A DNA stretch of 40,609 nt from contig JAWBTW010000007.1 in the NCBI GenBank assembly GCA_039000165.1, positions 1-40,609 on the forward strand. The letters run 5' to 3'. Source of the DNA: Candidatus Aenigmatarchaeota archaeon (GTDB lineage: Archaea; Aenigmatarchaeota; Aenigmatarchaeia; CG10238-14; SCSR01). Within the stretch, counting starts at the first letter, position 1. Each line of letters begins with the position of its first letter. The notes below the pieces were generated by a model. It saw only the letters and a list, made by a program, of their open reading frames with translations. It did not search any database and had not been told where the DNA came from. Both the position numbers and the translations under genes were made by a program. Below, in pieces: positions 36,251 to 40,609 of this stretch.

Positions 36251-36720
36251 CCTACTATATTTTTGGTTGTCTCTGGTATTTTTATTAGTTTCCTTCCGCA
36301 TACAGGACAAGCTGTACCTTCAAAAAATTTCTTACAGTTTTTACAATATTTTTTCCATATTATTAACTTGCTAATCTTCTTGCTGAATATTGAAATGTAC
36401 TTAATCCCCATTCTTTCTGCAACGTTTTGAATGTTCCTATCATCAGAAACTATTAGAAGTTCCTTTTCTTTGGCTAGGGCAAGAAGTTTAACATCTGTTT
36501 TTGATAATTTTTCTAGATCTCCAGTTTCTTTAGCAATCTTTTTTACTTCCTTTATACTTTCCCTTGATGGGTTTTCTACCTTAAGGTTTAAACCAGAAAC
36601 TTTAAGGCTGGTCAGCTTATCTTTTACTTCTTCTATAACTTCAGGAACAGTAAAAATTTCTTCAAAGCTTCGAAAATAATTCAGATAAATCAATCCGGAG
36701 GTGTCAATTACAACTCTCAT
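36247..36720 (-). CDS. nob1: NOB1-family PIN endonuclease
   Basis: VIDTS, GDLEKLSKTD, SDDRNIQNVA, and C-terminal CKNC...CPVCG. Confidence 0.93.
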   Translation of the reverse strand: MRVVIDTSGLIYLNYFRSFEEIFTVPEVIEEVKDKLTSLKVSGLNLKVENPSRESIKEVKKIAKETGDLEKLSKTDVKLLALAKEKELLIVSDDRNIQNVAERMGIKYISIFSKKISKLIIWKKYCKNCKKFFEGTACPVCGRKLIKIPETTKNIVG

Positions 36721-36790
36721 AAAACCTTAATTAATTAAAAACCTAAAGAAAATATATATTTTAAAATTATTAAGAAAATTAGGTGTATGT

Positions 36791-37009
36791 ATGGTTAAAG
36801 ATTTTCCGTTATTAGCGATAGAAAAAGTAGCAAAAAAAGCAGGGAAGGAAGTTGGTGCAGATAGGGTTTCTTTAGAGGCAGTAAAAGAACTTAAAAATTA
36901 TCTTTTAGAGGTTGCAGATAAAATTGCTTCAGATGCAGTAACTGTTGCGCATCACGCAAAAAGAGTAACCGTGAAAAGGGAAGATATTATTCTTGTGACA
37001 AGGAAGTGA
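36791..37009 (+). CDS. Archaeal histone (HMf-like)
   Basis: FP...ADRVS.EA...HAKRVTVKREDI histone fold. AGGTG SD upstream. Confidence 0.93.
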   Translation: MVKDFPLLAIEKVAKKAGKEVGADRVSLEAVKELKNYLLEVADKIASDAVTVAHHAKRVTVKREDIILVTRK

Positions 37010-37013
37010 GATT

Positions 37014-37403
37014 TTGGGCAAGACAACAGCTGTTATAAAAGATTTAAAGCCAAACGGTTTTGTTTTGATAGATAACGAACCATGTAGAGTTGAAAGGGTA
37101 GATGTAAGCAAATCTGGAAAGCATGGCGCTGCTAAAGCAAGAGTTGAAGCTATAGGTTTGTTTGACGGCAAAAGACATAGTATAGTTAAACCTGCAGACG
37201 AAGTTGTAGAGGTTCCGATAGTCGAAAGAAAGAAAGCTCAGGTTTTAGCCATAATTGGAGAAAAAGCTCAGCTTATGGATTTGACTGACTTTTCTGTTTT
37301 TGAGCTCGATATTCCTGAAGAAGTTAGAGAAAAAGTTAAAGTTGGTGAAGAAATAGACTATTTTGAAGTTCTTGGAATAAAAACTCTTAAGGAAATCAAG
37401 TAG
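37014..37403 (+). CDS. eif5a: Translation factor aIF-5A
   Basis: SKSGKHGAAKAR hypusine loop. Confidence 0.97.
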   Translation: MGKTTAVIKDLKPNGFVLIDNEPCRVERVDVSKSGKHGAAKARVEAIGLFDGKRHSIVKPADEVVEVPIVERKKAQVLAIIGEKAQLMDLTDFSVFELDIPEEVREKVKVGEEIDYFEVLGIKTLKEIK

Positions 37404-37496
37404 CTAATAACTAACTTTTACTAGCTTGTTTCCACACTCTGGGCAAACTTTTATCTTGTTCGAGTAAGTTTTATTGCATTTATTGCAGTATTTCAT
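37404..37496 (-). CDS. 30-aa zinc-ribbon microprotein, not in ORF track
   Basis: MKYCNKCNKTYSNKIKVCPECGNKLVKVSY: CxxC...CPxCG. Confidence 0.75.
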   Translation of the reverse strand: MKYCNKCNKTYSNKIKVCPECGNKLVKVSY

Positions 37497-37566
37497 TTAA
37501 TTAAATTAGTTCCTGAACTATTTCATATTTTCGAAAGAATTTATTTTTTCAGTTTAATTTAATTTT

Positions 37567-37929
37567 ATGAGTTTGAAAGAAAGTCTAAGAAAATTGGAAG
37601 AAAGAGTAAGCAAGATTGAAAACTTGGTTTATGATTTGAAAAACAGGCTAGAAATCTTAGAAACTTCTTCCTCTTTAAGGCTAACTTTGGCGTTACCTGA
37701 TCATTTACTTAAAACTTTTATTACTGTTTATGAGCTTGGAATAGCAACAGCTTCACAAGTTGCTGAACGAACAAAAAAAGCAAGGGCAGTAGAATCAGCT
37801 TATTTAAATCAACTTACAACTATGGGTTACTTGAAGAAAGAAAGAAAAGAAAGAAACCGCACTTACTTTCAAGTAGATTATAATTCTCCTCTTTCAAAAC
37901 ATTTCCTAAAAACTCTTGAGCGGAAGTGA
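37567..37929 (+). CDS. Coiled-coil plus winged-HTH transcriptional regulator
   Basis: LPDHLLKT...ATASQVAERTKKARAVESAYLNQL..MGYL. Confidence 0.85.
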   Translation: MSLKESLRKLEERVSKIENLVYDLKNRLEILETSSSLRLTLALPDHLLKTFITVYELGIATASQVAERTKKARAVESAYLNQLTTMGYLKKERKERNRTYFQVDYNSPLSKHFLKTLERK

Positions 37930-37971
37930 GGTAGAGAAATCTTTAAGTTGTTTAAGTTTTTATGAAAAAGT

Positions 37972-38526
37972 ATGATGTTTTTAGACTTAGAAACTTCTTC
38001 ACTTCACGCGGATATAGGAATTATAATTGCTGTTGGTTTAATCTTGCCAAACGGGAAAAAAGAAATAATATTTACTGATGATCCAGAAAAAGAAAAAGAA
38101 ACTATACAAAGGGCTTTAGAAATTATAAGAAAAAATAAGAACGAAACTTTAATCATCTGGCATTCTGGGTTTGATATTCCTTTTCTTTTGACTAGAGCCA
38201 TTAAGTATAATATCGATGCAACAATCTTGTTTGAAGCAAAAATTTTAGATTTGTGTAAGTTTGCAAAAGAAAACTTAGCTCTTGCAAGTTATAGGTTGGA
38301 TGAAGTCTCTAGATTTTTTGGAATAAAGAAAAACTTAAGTATAACAGGAAAAAATGTTCAAGAGCTTTATTTTCAGTTTTTAAAGGGGAAAGACAAGGCA
38401 AAAAAAGAAATAATAGAGCATTGCGAAGACGATTTAGATGCTTTAAAAAGTGTATATGAAAAACTAGAAATTTATGTAAGAAAAAGCTTAGAGCTTTCAG
38501 GTAAGAATTTCTCTTTTAAAAATTAA
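37972..38526 (+). CDS. RNase_H_2 / YprB-like DEDD exonuclease
   Basis: FLDLETS, FDIPFL, LDL, HCEDDL. Confidence 0.88.
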   Translation: MMFLDLETSSLHADIGIIIAVGLILPNGKKEIIFTDDPEKEKETIQRALEIIRKNKNETLIIWHSGFDIPFLLTRAIKYNIDATILFEAKILDLCKFAKENLALASYRLDEVSRFFGIKKNLSITGKNVQELYFQFLKGKDKAKKEIIEHCEDDLDALKSVYEKLEIYVRKSLELSGKNFSFKN

Positions 38527-38846
38527 ACTGCTCTTATGAAATTGCAATTTGGGTCCACTTCAACAAAATGAAAAGCTGTTTTCCCATATTCTGGGCATTG
38601 GTTTTCTTTTATATCATCTACAGGCTCTCTTGGGTTATGAGCTACATCACAAACCCAATTCTCTATTATTTTGTTAGAAAGGCAAGGCCCGTCGTTTAAA
38701 TTCATTTCTTGGGCTTTTGCTTCCATGCAAGCTTGAATACAAGCTTCTTTTGCGGCTTCTGTTTCCTTTAGGCTAGAGTAATAATAGTATCCTACTATTC
38801 CAACAACTACAATAATCAATGGAACTATTAAAACTATTTTTCTCAT
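38523..38846 (-). CDS. Membrane-anchored Cys-containing hypothetical protein
   Basis: N-terminal TM, then GPCLS...WVCDVAHNPR...NQC...HFVEVDPNC. Confidence 0.75.
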   Translation of the reverse strand: MRKIVLIVPLIIVVVGIVGYYYYSSLKETEAAKEACIQACMEAKAQEMNLNDGPCLSNKIIENWVCDVAHNPREPVDDIKENQCPEYGKTAFHFVEVDPNCNFIRAV

Positions 38847-38864
38847 AATTTTAATTCTGTTTTT

Positions 38865-39485
38865 TTAAATATTTTTTGAGATTTTCTTCAATTCTTTCCA
38901 ACAAACTGCTTTTATCCCAACTCTTTTTGCACCTTCCATTTCTTCTTTATCATGTCCAACAAAGATTGCTTCTTCTGGTTTAACTTTAAAATATTCTAAA
39001 ACTTTTAAGTAAGCCTTTGGATGAGGTTTTTCATAACCAATTAAGCGAGAGAGAAAAAGTTTATCATAATGTTTTCCTTTTTTCAGACCAAACTTTTTGA
39101 AAAGCTCTAACCTCCATTTTAAAGGATGAACAGTATCTGAAAGAATTGCAATTCTTATTCCTTTTGACTTAATTTTTTCTAGAAGTTTTTTTCTTTTCTT
39201 GTAAAGTTTGACAAACTTTAAGTTTATCTTTTTATCTTTCCTCAACCATTCATCAACTTTTGAAGTCGGAATTCCAAGTTTCTTGTAGACAATCTGGTTA
39301 GCTTCTCTCAAAGAAATTTTTCCGGAGGAAATTTTAGGATAAAGCTTTATCCAAATTTTATGTTGATTTTCAAACTTTGCCCCAAAATTTTTCAAGAACT
39401 TATTGTATTCCCTTTCAAAAATTTTGATTGCCTTTTTCCCTGTGTACAAAACTCCTTCACCATCAAAAATTATTAGTTTGAGCAT
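38865..39485 (-). CDS. HAD-family hydrolase
   Basis: IIFDGEGVL, ILSD, EKPHP, FVGHD...GAKRVG. Confidence 0.88.
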   Translation of the reverse strand: MLKLIIFDGEGVLYTGKKAIKIFEREYNKFLKNFGAKFENQHKIWIKLYPKISSGKISLREANQIVYKKLGIPTSKVDEWLRKDKKINLKFVKLYKKRKKLLEKIKSKGIRIAILSDTVHPLKWRLELFKKFGLKKGKHYDKLFLSRLIGYEKPHPKAYLKVLEYFKVKPEEAIFVGHDKEEMEGAKRVGIKAVCWKELKKISKNI

Positions 39486-39559
39486 GATGTCGAAGTGCTT
39501 TACAATAAGAGTGGTAAAAGAAGTAAAATTTAAATCATTTAAACTTATGTTTTTTTCTT

Positions 39560-40036
39560 ATGAACTTAAGAAATTTTAGCTGTGTTATAGTTAAGCCAGA
39601 CGGGTATCCATATAAAGAAAGAATAATTTATGAGATAGAAAAAGAGTTAAAGCTTAAAATTAAGGTTAAGAATGAGAATTATGTAATCTCAAGAAAACGA
39701 GCCGAACTTTGGTATATTAAATACAAAGATAATCCCAACTTCAACGAAATTGTTGAAGCTGTTTGTTATAAACCAATGTGCAAAATGTTTGTAGAGGGAG
39801 AGAACGCATTAGAAAAAATATTAGAAAGAGCAGGAAAGCTTACAGACCCAAAGGATTCAAGAGAAAAAGAACCTTATTCCTGGAGAGGAAGATGGGGTAC
39901 TAAACTTCCTTACAATGTTGTTCATAGACCAGTTAACGAGCAAGAACTTGTAAGAGATGTAAGAATTCATTTTTCTTTAAAAGAATTGGAAAACGTATTA
40001 GAAGATGAAGTTATTTTGTATCTTTTTGGAATTTAG
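39560..40036 (+). CDS. Divergent nucleoside-diphosphate kinase-like protein
   Basis: VIVKPDG, GKLTDP, WRGRWG, NVVH. Confidence 0.7.
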   Translation: MNLRNFSCVIVKPDGYPYKERIIYEIEKELKLKIKVKNENYVISRKRAELWYIKYKDNPNFNEIVEAVCYKPMCKMFVEGENALEKILERAGKLTDPKDSREKEPYSWRGRWGTKLPYNVVHRPVNEQELVRDVRIHFSLKELENVLEDEVILYLFGI

Positions 40037-40202
40037 TTTGAATCTGAGGATATGACTTTATAAAAAATAAAAATAGCCTATAGCTTTGTTATCTAAGTTC
40101 TCATTACACACTTACAGAATTTTTAATTGGTTAGCATTATCCATATAAGTATTGGAGTTGGTACCAACCACAGCTTTTTGACAATCTTTCCTTCTTAACG
40201 GA

Positions 40203-40234
40203 TAAATTTTGATTGTTAAAAAAATCAAAATTTA
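40203..40234. repeat. 12-bp inverted repeat (possible terminator or operator)
   Basis: TAAATTTTGATT-N8-AATCAAAATTTA, 10 nt downstream of the MBL-hydrolase stop. Confidence 0.5.
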
Positions 40235-40244
40235 ATGAGCTTAA

Positions 40245-40609
40245 TCAAACCGAGATTTCCTCTCCTTTTTTTACTATCAAAACATTTTTGAACAATTTCT
40301 TGAATTTTTTTGGATTTTTGGTATGAACAGGAATTATTTTTTTAGCATTAATGTTTCTTGCTATTTTTACTATTTCTTCTCTTGAAGCATGCCCAGAAGC
40401 ATGAGCTTGCTTAAAATCAAGCTTAAAGTGTCTAACCCAATTCAGCATTCTTTCAAAATCTATTTCTTGTTCCTCATCATGTGGCTCAGAAGTTGAATAT
40501 ATGTAAGTGCTTCCCAAGTTTGGTTTTAAGTCTATCAATTCTTTTAAATCAAAGTAATCCAAAAACAAAACAATTTTTTCCTCTCTTTCCCTCACATCCT
40601 TATAGCAAA
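40245..40609 (-). CDS. MBL-fold / beta-CASP (RNase J-like) hydrolase, C-terminal part only
   Basis: HASGHA and IIPVHT RNA-metabolising MBL motifs. Open to the window edge. Confidence 0.85.
   Translation of the reverse strand, partial: CYKDVREREEKIVLFLDYFDLKELIDLKPNLGSTYIYSTSEPHDEEQEIDFERMLNWVRHFKLDFKQAHASGHASREEIVKIARNINAKKIIPVHTKNPKKFKKLFKNVLIVKKGEEISV

Noticed and set aside
36845..36856. 4-aa insertion (KEVG) in histone loop 1 as a possible second intron
   Set aside because: In-frame, and no bulge-helix-bulge pairing could be drawn.
2346..38201. Numerous short ORF-track entries antisense to or nested in longer genes (e.g. 2346, 7383, 10315, 12086, 19973, 30983, 36431)
   Set aside because: They overlap confident genes, have Phe/Ser/Ile-rich antisense composition and carry no motifs.
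1..40609. tRNA, rRNA, CRISPR array, transposase, integrase or inteins in MCM/RFC
   Set aside because: No cloverleaf or T-loop signature in non-coding DNA, no spaced repeats, no mobile-element motifs, and MCM and RFC have normal lengths. This was a manual scan only.

Overview
A 40.6-kb, AT-rich, very compact archaeal chromosomal segment with many ATGA-type overlaps and GGTGA Shine-Dalgarno motifs. Gene content and style suggest a DPANN-type archaeon, possibly Aenigmarchaeota-like (inference). Core information-processing genes are rfcS, rfcL, mcm, an RPA2-like OB protein, tbp, tfb, rpoL, aIF-2beta, aIF-5A, a GTPBP1-like GTPase, aspS, dph2, METTL5, ZPR1, nob1, a histone and rnhB. Three accessory modules sit among them: (1) G1PDH plus divergent trans- and cis-prenyltransferase-fold genes with V4R and Lrp regulators; (2) an uncharacterised cluster with a TIM-barrel protein and two nucleotidyltransferase-HEPN paralogs; (3) a KaiC / KaiC-small GTPase fusion / Roadblock module flanked by small membrane proteins. 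The standout finding is in the RNase HII gene. A 20-nt insertion (22601-22620) interrupts its catalytic DEAGRG motif and folds with the flanking exons into a canonical bulge-helix-bulge motif. Cleavage at the standard positions removes exactly those 20 nt and restores the frame, so this is a likely tRNA-splicing-endonuclease-type intron in a protein-coding mRNA. No tRNA, rRNA, CRISPR array or transposase was seen.
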